NCBI GenBank assembly: GCA_044356455.1
Contig: JBIKWF010000055.1
Coordinates: forward strand, 1 to 27,739
Reading direction: 5' to 3'
Length of the DNA stretch: 27,739 nt
Source: Bdellovibrionota bacterium
GTDB taxonomy: Bacteria > Bdellovibrionota_C > UBA2361 > JBGSMV01
Part shown: positions 1 to 8,074 of the stretch, piece by piece
Position numbering within the stretch: position 1 is the first letter of the stretch
How the letters are laid out: the number at the start of each line of letters is the position of its first letter
Notes under the pieces: generated by a model
What the model was told of the DNA's origin: nothing
Databases searched by the model: none
The model's input: only the letters and a program-made list of their open reading frames with translations
Position numbers and translations under genes: made by a program

Positions 1-508
1 ACCTGGCATGTATTTGTGCACCCACAGTTTGCGGCTCGCTACCGCCCGTGGATGCCCCGCAGCATTTGTTGCGGCACCGCGAGGACGCGGCGCCCTACCG
101 AAATGCGATTCATTCGAATGGAATGTACTCATGTCCAAATGGAACCGCGTCGCTCTGTGGTGAATTTCTTCACGAAAATTTAACCACGGAGGACCCGGAG
201 GGACACAGAGGTGAGTTTTCAGACGTTCCCTGGGTAGGGCGCCCTGTCCCCAGGGTGCCGCAAGATCTCTCGCTCCAGCACCTGGCATGTATTTGTGCAC
301 CCACAGTTTGCGGCTCGCTACCGCCCGTGGATGCCCCGCGGCATTTGTTGCGGCACCGCGAGGACGCGGCGCCCTACCGAAATGCGATTCATTCGAATGG
401 AATGTCCTCATGTCTAAATGGAACCGCGTCGCTCTGTAGTGAATTTTTCACGAAAATTTAACCACGCAGGACCCGGAGGTACACAGAGGCGTGCTTTTCA
501 AGGGCTCC
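1..508. repeat. Tandem duplication (period 279/278 bp) of a mosaic unit made of REP palindromes, a 9-mer hairpin and an IS5-like terminal repeat; truncated by the window edge
   Basis: 1-211 and 280-489 differ by about 7 changes, including a 1-bp indel. Each copy contains CGGCACCGCGAGGACGCGGCGCCCTAC, a CTCTGT(G/A)GT...ACCACG hairpin and a TTTTCAgacgtTCC / TTTTCAagggcTCC end (216-229, 495-508). Confidence 0.92.
234..377. repeat. Inverted pair of GTAG-type REP palindromes (REPIN-like doublet); a third copy lies at 72-98
   Basis: GTAGGGCGCCCTGTCCCCAGGGTGCCG (234-260) and the near reverse complement CGGCACCGCGAGGACGCGGCGCCCTAC (351-377 and 72-98). GTAG foot followed by an imperfect GGCGCC...GG(C/T)GCC palindrome. 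Confidence 0.8.
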
Positions 509-512
509 TTAA

Positions 513-1880
513 TTACCCCGCCTTCGCAAGCTCCGCCTGAACCGCAGCAAAGCTCTTCTCAACTTCGATTTCAGCAAAAGACGAGGCTCTCTCGCAGATT
601 TCCATCAGCACGCGGTCTTGAATACGCCCCTTATGCATCGCCACGGAATACGGCACGCGGTGGAAGGTCACCATAGAGTATTTCGAAATGAATTTTCCTG
701 GATACTTATCCTCTAAGACGTGCTCAAGCTGCTTCTTGAGCGCAAATTTAGGATTACCCGAGGTGTCCCGCATTTCAAAGAAATTATCGATGGCGAGATC
801 TGCAATAGCATCCGCATTAACTTTGCGCGCCTCAGACATTTTACTGAACCAATTCCCCCAATGAGCGCCGCCTTCTGCGATAATTTCGTTAAATATTGCG
901 CAATCTTCGAATGAACAGTTCATGCCCTGTCCGTAGAAGGGAACCACCGCATGCGCAGCGTCTCCCAAGAGAAGAACCTGATCGCCAACAAACCAAGGCG
1001 CACACTTCACGGTCATGAGACTACCCGTGGGATTGTGGAAGAACTCCTCTTCGAGTTTCGGCAGAAGAGGAACTGCGTCAGGAAACTGCTCCTTAAAGAA
1101 CCCAGTAACCGCTGCCGGCGTCGAAAGACTGGCAAAGCTCACCGGTCCCGCATGCGGGAAAAAGAGCGTACAGGTAAACGTCTTATCAATATTTGGAAGT
1201 GCTATCATCATATAGCCGCCGCGAGGCCATAGATGAAGGGCATGTGGCTCAAGCTGGAATTGTCCAGAGGCACTGGGAGGAATGGTGAGCTCTTTATATC
1301 CGTGCTCCAAGTACCCCTGAGAGAAGTTGAACCTTCCCATCCCCATCATGCTCATTCTAAGAGCTGACGCGGAGCCATCGGTCCCGATCACGGGAGCTCG
1401 CTTAAGCCGCGAGACATGCCCACTCACTTCATCTCTCATCATGAGCTCAGAAGTCGCAAAATCATAGCCTACGCAGCGTTTCTGAAAATGCAGGGTGACG
1501 CCCTTCTCCTTACCTAAAGCAGTGAGCAGGATAGAATTCAGCGAGTTCCGAGAAACCGAATTGATAACCTCAGAGTCATTACGCCCATAGGGAACGAGCC
1601 TCAGTTCTCCGGACACGGGGTGCACCATTCGCCCTTTCATGGCGATCATTTGCTGACGCACCACGTCCGCGAGACCAACTTGTTCGAGGGCATGCAAGCC
1701 ACGCACGGACAGGGCAAGATTAATCGAACGCCCCTCTCCCCCGCTCTTACCCACGGCACTTTCTGAGCGCACGTCCCAGCGCTTCTCAAAGACCTCGACC
1801 TCGTAGCCACGGCGGGCAAGATAAAGACCAAGAAGAGAGCCTGCAAGGCCCGCGCCGATGATAGTTACTTTCTCACTCAT
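513..1880 (-). CDS. kmo: Kynurenine 3-monooxygenase (FAD-dependent)
   Basis: GAGLAG FAD motif, GRSINLALSVRG, YLEHGYKEL, LHLWPRG, GDAAHAVVPFYGQGMNCSFED, YSMVTF. Start set at ATG 1880, which overlaps the kynU stop as ATGA. Confidence 0.95.
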   Translation of the reverse strand: MSEKVTIIGAGLAGSLLGLYLARRGYEVEVFEKRWDVRSESAVGKSGGEGRSINLALSVRGLHALEQVGLADVVRQQMIAMKGRMVHPVSGELRLVPYGRNDSEVINSVSRNSLNSILLTALGKEKGVTLHFQKRCVGYDFATSELMMRDEVSGHVSRLKRAPVIGTDGSASALRMSMMGMGRFNFSQGYLEHGYKELTIPPSASGQFQLEPHALHLWPRGGYMMIALPNIDKTFTCTLFFPHAGPVSFASLSTPAAVTGFFKEQFPDAVPLLPKLEEEFFHNPTGSLMTVKCAPWFVGDQVLLLGDAAHAVVPFYGQGMNCSFEDCAIFNEIIAEGGAHWGNWFSKMSEARKVNADAIADLAIDNFFEMRDTSGNPKFALKKQLEHVLEDKYPGKFISKYSMVTFHRVPYSVAMHKGRIQDRVLMEICERASSFAEIEVEKSFAAVQAELAKAG

Positions 1881-3145
1881 ACGAAGCACTCCTTGAGAAT
1901 GTGAACAAATCTATAGATGTCGGCAAAAGAATTATACAAAGGCGCCGGAGCTATTCGAACCACATCCGGCTCGCGCCAATCGCAAATCACCTCATGCGCA
2001 ATTAAGCGATCGTGCGTTTTTCTTCCGCCCTTGACGCGCAAAGAAAGCTGACACCCGCGCTCTGCTGGATTTTTCGGGGTGATGCTCGACACATTTCCTG
2101 CGCAAGAAACCTCAAGCAGCTCCTCCAAGTAGGTAGTAAGAGCCTCGCTCTTTGCTCTTAGCCTTTGAATCCCCGCCTCTCGAAAGAGCTCAAGCGCAGC
2201 GCGAAGTGCCGCGAGTGGCAGAATCGGCGGGTTGCTGAGCTGCCACCCCTCAACTCCCGAGATCGGATGGAAATCAGGCCCCATCTTAAAGCGCGTGGTT
2301 TTGTCGTGTCCCCACCAGCCCGCAAGTCGGGGCGTCGCGGGAGCATGACCGTGGCGCTGATGCACGAAACATCCTCCGACACAGCCGGGACCGCCATTGA
2401 GGTACTTATAGGAGCACCACACCGCGAAATCTATGCCCCACTGATGCAGCTGGAGCGGCAGGTTGCCAATCGTGTGCGCAAGATCGACTCCCACATAGGC
2501 CCCCACCTCGGCACCGAGCTTTGCAATTTTTTCTAGCGGCAAGGCCTGCCCAGAATAGTAATTGATTCCCTCAACGAGTATGAGCGCGAGCTCATCCCCA
2601 TGAGCTCGAATCATTTTCTCTGCATCCTCCATGCGCACATACACCTCTCCCTCTCGAGGAGAGAGATGAAGAATAGTCTCCTGGGGAAGAAGTCCGTGCA
2701 AAGCCACCTGAGAGGAGACGGCATACTGATCCGAAGGAAACGGCGAGAACCCCATCAAGATTTTTGTTCTCTTTCCCTTGGGGCGATAAAAAGAGGTCAG
2801 CATTAAGTGAAGGTTTACGGTCAAGGTATTCATCGCGACCACTTCGTCGCGCTCAGCGCCTACAAGAGCGGCAAGATCCTCAGTCAGCAATTCATGGTAC
2901 GGGAGCCAGGGATGCCGGCTTTGAAAGTGCCCTTCTACTCCAAACTTAGCCCAATCTTCCATTTCTTCTTGAACATATTGGGCTGCTTTCTTGGGCTGAA
3001 GGCCGAGGGAATTACCGCAGAGATACGTTACCTCTTTCCCATCTTTCCCTTTCGGAAAGTGAAATGAGCTTCTAAAAGCTTTAAGCACATCCGCCGCATC
3101 CAGGGCTTCAGCGTAACGAATATCAGTCAGGGGAAATTCGCTCAT
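1877..3145 (-). CDS. kynU: Kynureninase (PLP-dependent)
   Basis: YLCGNSLGLQP, MNTLTVNLHL, DLAHTIGN, WCSYKYLNGGPG (PLP Lys), GWWGH, WQLSNPPIL, DWREPDVVRIAPAPLYNSF. Confidence 0.97.
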   Translation of the reverse strand: MSEFPLTDIRYAEALDAADVLKAFRSSFHFPKGKDGKEVTYLCGNSLGLQPKKAAQYVQEEMEDWAKFGVEGHFQSRHPWLPYHELLTEDLAALVGAERDEVVAMNTLTVNLHLMLTSFYRPKGKRTKILMGFSPFPSDQYAVSSQVALHGLLPQETILHLSPREGEVYVRMEDAEKMIRAHGDELALILVEGINYYSGQALPLEKIAKLGAEVGAYVGVDLAHTIGNLPLQLHQWGIDFAVWCSYKYLNGGPGCVGGCFVHQRHGHAPATPRLAGWWGHDKTTRFKMGPDFHPISGVEGWQLSNPPILPLAALRAALELFREAGIQRLRAKSEALTTYLEELLEVSCAGNVSSITPKNPAERGCQLSLRVKGGRKTHDRLIAHEVICDWREPDVVRIAPAPLYNSFADIYRFVHILKECFV

Positions 3146-3177
3146 ACGATCCTTGCATTCAAAAAATTCACCGTCTC

Positions 3178-3993
3178 TTAAGATTGATGAAGTTCAAAAA
3201 GCCTCACGCGGCTTGGCGCCGCATCGGAAACAAAAGGCGCAATTTCTATCAGAAGCAGGTAACTCCCATCACGTATCGCATCAGGAACAAAGACGAACTC
3301 GGTGATAGTTTTAGAAAGCACCTCACGTGAAGGCAGCTTTTTCTCACCCTCCTTCATTCCCCAGAAAATCCTATGCGCACTAAGCTTTCCCTCATCATGC
3401 GCACGGTCGAGAGAGGGCACATCGAGAAGGAGATGCTGAAATCCCTTCTCCGCCACAAACTGGGCAGCTTCGAGCGAAAGAAACGCGGGAGCCTCCTTCG
3501 AATAGTCTCGGCTCTTCTTCGACGCATTGTTTGGAAGGGTTCTAATAATGAGAGCAGAATGGTTCCCCGATACCCCTTCCAGGGCCTTTGAAAGAGCCGC
3601 GCGGGTGATAAGCAGGTCTCCTTGTTCAAAGGCGACGCTTGCATGTTCCATGGAGCCTGCGGCAGGAACTGGCGCGACGGATACGAGCCGCGCCGTCGAA
3701 AAGGAGTTCCGAAGCGCATCAACAATAAAGAGCCGCTCATCAGTAATGTGCCCCGCACATTCCGTATGAGTTCCGTTGCAGTGCGAAATAAAGGTTACAC
3801 ATTCAACGTTACAGCTTCCTCCTCGCCTGGTGTCCCCTACAAATCCGCCAGCATCTAGCGCTTCGGCGACGGCCGCTGGAACACCGAACGAGCGGGGCTG
3901 GGCGCCGTGAAATTCTAGAGGAATGCTGATTTCAAGGGGATTTTCCGTGTTTATCCACACAGACGAACCATTGAAATCGAGGCTGAGCTTCAT
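3178..3993 (-). CDS. kynB: Cyclase-family metal-dependent hydrolase, probable kynurenine formamidase
   Basis: HCNGTHTECAGH variant of the cyclase HxGTHxDxPxH motif, DVPSLDR, TITE, DAAPSR; lies inside the kyn cluster. ATG at 3993 preferred over TTG at 3999. Confidence 0.8.
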   Translation of the reverse strand: MKLSLDFNGSSVWINTENPLEISIPLEFHGAQPRSFGVPAAVAEALDAGGFVGDTRRGGSCNVECVTFISHCNGTHTECAGHITDERLFIVDALRNSFSTARLVSVAPVPAAGSMEHASVAFEQGDLLITRAALSKALEGVSGNHSALIIRTLPNNASKKSRDYSKEAPAFLSLEAAQFVAEKGFQHLLLDVPSLDRAHDEGKLSAHRIFWGMKEGEKKLPSREVLSKTITEFVFVPDAIRDGSYLLLIEIAPFVSDAAPSRVRLFELHQS

Positions 3994-4026
3994 AGGCAAA
4001 TGGAGACGAATAAGTGGATCAGGACA

Positions 4027-4053
4027 ACCACTAAGACCACAGAGAACACAAAG
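4027..4053 (+). repeat. Solo triple 9-mer arm (ACCACTAAG ACCACAGAG AACACAAAG)
   Basis: Same motif as 8134-8160 and 22732-22758; 24/27 match to the reverse complement of 4720-4746. Confidence 0.75.
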
Positions 4054-4169
4054 AAAGCGCCTCTATTTCTAAAGAATGCCCGATCGAGGAGGCGCCCATG
4101 GAATTAATGTCGATAAAGTAGTGACTATTGAAAAACGCATAAGGCACTAGCCGCACCTTAAGGAGCCAT

Positions 4170-4697
4170 TCAAGCCTTAACGGGAGCTGGCGGCGCCATT
4201 ACGGTCCCGCAAGACCCACACGTTCGTTTCTTAAGATCGCTGTAATAGCGCTCAAAAATTGGCGGTAGTTGCGTGACGATATTCTCGACAGGAATAAACT
4301 CCTCGTAAAGCTTTTTACCGCAACCCTCACAAAACCACTGAAAGCCATCGAGCTCGCCCGGATTCCTGCGGCGCTCTACCACGAGACCTACCGTATTGGG
4401 CCCTCGCTGAGGCGAATGGGGTACTCGGGGAGGGAGAAGGAAGATGTCTCCTTCGCGAATGTGAATATCTACCGGCTTACCCTCATCCATTATTTTCACA
4501 AGAATGTCGCCCTCAAGCTGATAGAAGAATTCCTCTCCTTCATTATAGTGGTAGTCTTTGCGGGAGTTGGGGCCGCCGACGACCATGATCATGAAGTCGG
4601 TGTCCTTGTATACCATCTTGTTACCAACCGGCGGCTTAAGAGACGCTCGATTTTCGTCAATCCACTTCTTGAAATTGAGCGCATTCCAATTCTTCAT
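4170..4697 (-). CDS. nbaC: 3-hydroxyanthranilate 3,4-dioxygenase
   Basis: LKPPVGNK, VVGGPNSRKDYH, EEFFYQLEG, PHSPQR, rubredoxin-like CEGC...CGSC. ATG at 4697 follows AGGAGAGG; the ORF-track extension to 4763 is translated repeat. Confidence 0.96.
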   Translation of the reverse strand: MKNWNALNFKKWIDENRASLKPPVGNKMVYKDTDFMIMVVGGPNSRKDYHYNEGEEFFYQLEGDILVKIMDEGKPVDIHIREGDIFLLPPRVPHSPQRGPNTVGLVVERRRNPGELDGFQWFCEGCGKKLYEEFIPVENIVTQLPPIFERYYSDLKKRTCGSCGTVMAPPAPVKA

Positions 4698-4719
4698 CCT
4701 AGTCCTCTCCTTCTTCCTA

Positions 4720-4746
4720 CTTAGTGGTCTCTGTGGTCTTACTGGT
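4720..4746 (-). repeat. Solo triple 9-mer arm (ACCAGTAAG ACCACAGAG ACCACTAAG on the minus strand)
   Basis: Inverted partner of 4027-4053. Confidence 0.75.
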
Positions 4747-4768
4747 AGTTCCCCATTCCCCAACCTAA

Positions 4769-4898
4769 GGAACCTCTGAAAGACATCGATATTTTATTTT
4801 TTCCCTCCGTGATCTCTGTGTCCTCTGTGGTTTTTCAACAATTTAAATCAACCACAGAGGACGCAGAGGTACACAGAGGTGAGTTTTTCAGATGCTCC
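4769..4898. mobile_element. 130-bp MITE-like element with IS5-like TIRs and CTAA target duplication
   Basis: CTAA(4765-4768)-GGAACCTCTGAAAGA ... TTTTTCAGATGCTCC-CTAA(4899-4902); internal hairpin CTCTGTGTCCTCTGTGGTT...AACCACAGAGGACGCAGAG. Confidence 0.85.
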
Positions 4899-5705
4899 CT
4901 AAATACCCGCCATCCTTCCGCCATCAACCGCAAGGCTCACTCCCGTAATAAATCCCGCCGCGGGTGAGGCAAAAAAGCACGCCGCATAAGCAATCTCTTC
5001 CGGACGCCCAAGTCTGCGCACGGGAAGTTGCCCCGCCATGGCAGAACGCTCCGCTTCTACGGAAGATTTATGCTCAGCCGCCTTCCTCTCGAAAATAGCC
5101 TGCAAGCGGCCCGTTTCCGTTGGCCCCGGCAGAACATTATTGACCGTAATTCCTAGAGGTCCAAGCTCATTCGCCAAAGTCTTAGCCCAGCTCGCCACCG
5201 CTCCTCTGGTCGTATTGGAAACCCCCAGTCCCGCAAGCGGCTCGCGCACGGAGGTACTTACAATATTTACAATTCTCCCCCAGCCCTTCTCTTTCATTCC
5301 CGGAACACAGGCCTGCACAAGATAGTGATTGCAAATCAGGTGCGACGAGAGAGCTGCGTCGAGCGACTCTTTGGAAGCGCTAAGAAGCGGACCCGGAGGA
5401 GGCCCGCCGGTGTTATTAATGAGAATATCGAAGGAGCCCTTCGATGAAATGTGCTCGGCAACTTTCGCGCGCAAGTCTTCGGGATTCGCATAGTCAGCGC
5501 AGAAATATTCGTGAAAAACGGAGTGGCCTGCAGCGGTAGAAATTGAAGCGAGCGCCTGAAGAGTTTCGGTCAAGGATTTCTCGCCTCGGGAAACCGCGCA
5601 CACCTGTGCGCCGCCGCGCGCAAGCTCTTCCGCAATTGCGCGCCCAATCCCCTTGGAGGCTCCCCCCACTAACGCACGTTTTCCTACAAAAGACTTCTCT
5701 CGCAT
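4899..5705 (-). CDS. Atypical short-chain dehydrogenase/reductase (BKR-like subgroup)
   Basis: GGASKGIG nucleotide-binding motif, ILINNTGGPPPG, NNVLPG, VDGG. The catalytic YxxxK position reads SNTTR. Confidence 0.88.
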   Translation of the reverse strand: MREKSFVGKRALVGGASKGIGRAIAEELARGGAQVCAVSRGEKSLTETLQALASISTAAGHSVFHEYFCADYANPEDLRAKVAEHISSKGSFDILINNTGGPPPGPLLSASKESLDAALSSHLICNHYLVQACVPGMKEKGWGRIVNIVSTSVREPLAGLGVSNTTRGAVASWAKTLANELGPLGITVNNVLPGPTETGRLQAIFERKAAEHKSSVEAERSAMAGQLPVRRLGRPEEIAYAACFFASPAAGFITGVSLAVDGGRMAGI

Positions 5706-5726
5706 GAAAAGATACCTTTGAATTCG

Positions 5727-6890
5727 TTACTGAGCGCTCACCTTAGAGGCCTCATTTTTTGCCAAAACAGTATAATGGAAGGCCAGTTTAGTTTTGAGAG
5801 CCGCAGGCAAAGCGGGCAGGTCCGCTCGTGCAATGAGAAGAGACGACAGACTAAAGAGATCTTTAAAGACCCTATTCATCTCCACAGTGGAGCGTAAATA
5901 TTCATGTCCCGCCGAACCACCGCTGCCCATTTTCGTTCCGATCATACGGAGCACAAGCAAGCTATGACGATGCCGCCATGAGCTTATGCCTTCATCAAGA
6001 TCGATAAGGCTCGCAAGCAACCGATAAGGTAAATGCAAAATAGGCTCATCGCGGTAAAGGCTTATAAATAGCGCTGCAAGAGTCGCGGAGTAAGAAAGCC
6101 TCCACTGCCCCTGCTCCTGAATACGCGCATGCTCTTTAGGATCCACCATGAGGAGAAACTGCTCCTGGGACTGAGCAATGTGCTCGAGGCGCCTCTCCTT
6201 TTCTTCGGGTGTGAGCCGCGCGTTTTGGATGACGACCGCTTTCTCGCCCTCCCACAATTTTCGAACCGCCGCTTGGTACTCTTTGGTAAAATCGAACTCC
6301 TGAGCATGCACAAAAGGTGTACGCTCAAGCCACTGCTCCACCACTTCAAAAAGTGAGCGTTCTTGCCCAGCCTGCGCGATAGTGCTGCGGGCCGTTTCAT
6401 CGAACTGAAGCGGACTTGCCCTGTCTACCTGCTGGGTACCCTGCGTGCGCTTAAGGCCTAGCCTGTTTTCAAACACACGGAACTGCACGCTTTGAAAGCC
6501 CGATGCAGCGCCCAACATGTTTCGAAAGTCCAAGAAATCAAGCGGCGTCATCGTTTCGAGAACTCGCACCTGGTCGATGAGAATCTTCATGATTTCATTG
6601 ATACGAGTCACGCGCTGCACCGCGATGCCAATGTTCACCTCGTCAACGAAGTTGCGGTCGAACATCTCAATAACCGAGGTAAGGTTGTGGATAATCTCCT
6701 TAAACCAAAGCTCGTAAACCTGGTGGACTATAATGAAGAGGTGCTCATCATGGGCAGGGCGCCCATACTTTTCACTCCAAGGAGACTGGGCCGAAAGGAG
6801 CTTATCGAGCTGGAGGTAATCCCCATAGTCTCTAGGTGGGGTGACCGGAGAAGAGCTATTACCTGAATCTGAGCCTGCCTTAGCTGCCAT
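5727..6890 (-). CDS. kynA: Tryptophan 2,3-dioxygenase, long form
   Basis: YGDYLQLDKLLSAQ, HDEHLFIIVHQVYELWFK, LETMTPLDFLDFR, ASGFQSVQFR, WRHRH...RMIGTKMGSGGSAG. Confidence 0.96.
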   Translation of the reverse strand: MAAKAGSDSGNSSSPVTPPRDYGDYLQLDKLLSAQSPWSEKYGRPAHDEHLFIIVHQVYELWFKEIIHNLTSVIEMFDRNFVDEVNIGIAVQRVTRINEIMKILIDQVRVLETMTPLDFLDFRNMLGAASGFQSVQFRVFENRLGLKRTQGTQQVDRASPLQFDETARSTIAQAGQERSLFEVVEQWLERTPFVHAQEFDFTKEYQAAVRKLWEGEKAVVIQNARLTPEEKERRLEHIAQSQEQFLLMVDPKEHARIQEQGQWRLSYSATLAALFISLYRDEPILHLPYRLLASLIDLDEGISSWRHRHSLLVLRMIGTKMGSGGSAGHEYLRSTVEMNRVFKDLFSLSSLLIARADLPALPAALKTKLAFHYTVLAKNEASKVSAQ

Positions 6891-7005
6891 GCGTGTGCCC
6901 CTGGAGGATCTGTTTACCGGGCTCTATAGCAGCCCCCGGAAATAAAGTCATACTCAGAGTCACATCGCAGGTATGTTCAGCGAAATCTGCTTAGATAGCG
7001 CTGGT

Positions 7006-7602
7006 TTAAAGAGAAGAGATAGGGGCAGAAAGCTTCGCAGACTGCTCAAGGTGTAGGGGTGGCACAGGAGCCCTACGCGGCGCGGCGGAGAGCACCGTAT
7101 CTGACTCGCTGTACTGATCGAAGTTACTGAGTGGGGGCGTGTAAACATGCAAAGTAACGAGAGGCTGCTGCTCTGCATTACCTACCTGATGGACATCGAC
7201 CGGAGCAGAAACAGCAACCTCACCGACTCCAAAATATTTAATCTCCGTAGGGGCCAGAAGACCACAAGCTGAGTGCTCAAAGCTAATCTCAAAACCTCGT
7301 CCCGAAAGCACACGCACACCACAATTGGAGCCACGGTGGTTATGCAAAGGACTACTTTGACCAGGAAGCCAGCCGAGAAGCAGAACTTCAAGGGCTTCCG
7401 TTTTTAGGACGCGTAAGCGGAAATAGCGTTCGGGATCAAACCGAGCAATCGAGAGCGCCTCTTCCTCAGATATAGAGAGCTCCTTGAGAATGGACTCGAG
7501 AGAGGAGAGCTTTAGTGGCGAACTATTCGCGGAGAGCACCCCTCTCGCATACTGAAGGGAGGAAGGGAGCGCATCAAAGTATTCCTGGGTGACTGCCGGC
7601 AT
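7006..7602 (-). CDS. Cysteine dioxygenase type I family cupin
   Basis: RYFR (Tyr/Arg substrate site), WLPGQSSPLHNHRGSNC (two His ligands), VHQVGN (third His), TLHVYTPP. Confidence 0.88.
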   Translation of the reverse strand: MPAVTQEYFDALPSSLQYARGVLSANSSPLKLSSLESILKELSISEEEALSIARFDPERYFRLRVLKTEALEVLLLGWLPGQSSPLHNHRGSNCGVRVLSGRGFEISFEHSACGLLAPTEIKYFGVGEVAVSAPVDVHQVGNAEQQPLVTLHVYTPPLSNFDQYSESDTVLSAAPRRAPVPPLHLEQSAKLSAPISSL

Positions 7603-7620
7603 GAGGCCTATATAAACGCT

Positions 7621-7647
7621 AAACTCCTACTACTCAAGTAGGAATTT
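7621..7647. promoter_or_regulatory. Candidate Rrf2-family operator (11-5-11 inverted repeat)
   Basis: AAACTCCTACT-ACTCA-AGTAGGAATTT with 10/11 arm match, 19-45 bp upstream of the cysteine dioxygenase start and next to an Rrf2 gene. Confidence 0.65.
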
Positions 7648-7667
7648 GAAGAGCCGCCCAGATGGCT

Positions 7668-8066
7668 TTAAAGCATATCCGAGAGCTTGGTCGATTCCAT
7701 AATTGCCGCGATTCGATCCCTTACCTGCTTAAAAAGACCATGCAACTTAGGCTCCCTCTCTATCGGGGTTGCCTGGTAATAAAATCGGCTTGCCGACTTG
7801 GTCGGTGCAAGCGCGCCGTCAAATAACCGCACCACATCCGCCAGCGCAATATTTTCTGGCTTTACAATAAGTTCGAACCCTCCGCCGCGTCCTTTTGTGC
7901 TTGAAAGAAAGCCGTTTTGTCTCAGCACAAGAACAATCTGCTCTAAAAATTTGACGGGAATCTCCTGCTCTTTGGCAATTTCAGAGACAGACACGCGCCT
8001 ACCTTCATTTCGGGCAATATATAAGAGCGCAAGAAGCGCATACTCTGAGCGCGAAGTAAGTCGCAT
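7668..8066 (-). CDS. Rrf2-family transcriptional regulator without Fe-S cysteines (CymR-like)
   Basis: MRLTSRSEYALLAL, EIAKEQEIPVKFLEQI, SSTKGRGGGF, LADVVRLFDG; the protein contains no Cys. Confidence 0.93.
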   Translation of the reverse strand: MRLTSRSEYALLALLYIARNEGRRVSVSEIAKEQEIPVKFLEQIVLVLRQNGFLSSTKGRGGGFELIVKPENIALADVVRLFDGALAPTKSASRFYYQATPIEREPKLHGLFKQVRDRIAAIMESTKLSDML

Positions 8067-8074
8067 AGAAACAC

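Noticed and set aside
48..461. 137-aa ORF with an internal repeat
   Set aside because: It is the translation of the 279-bp (93-codon) repeat mosaic; the second copy has a 1-bp indel and there are no protein-like features.
1..508. CRISPR array
   Set aside because: The intervening sequences are duplicated rather than unique spacers, the period is 279 bp, and there are no cas genes.
3951..6694. Perfect DnaA boxes at 3951-3959 and 6686-6694
   Set aside because: Isolated, inside coding sequence and 2.7 kb apart; compatible with chance.
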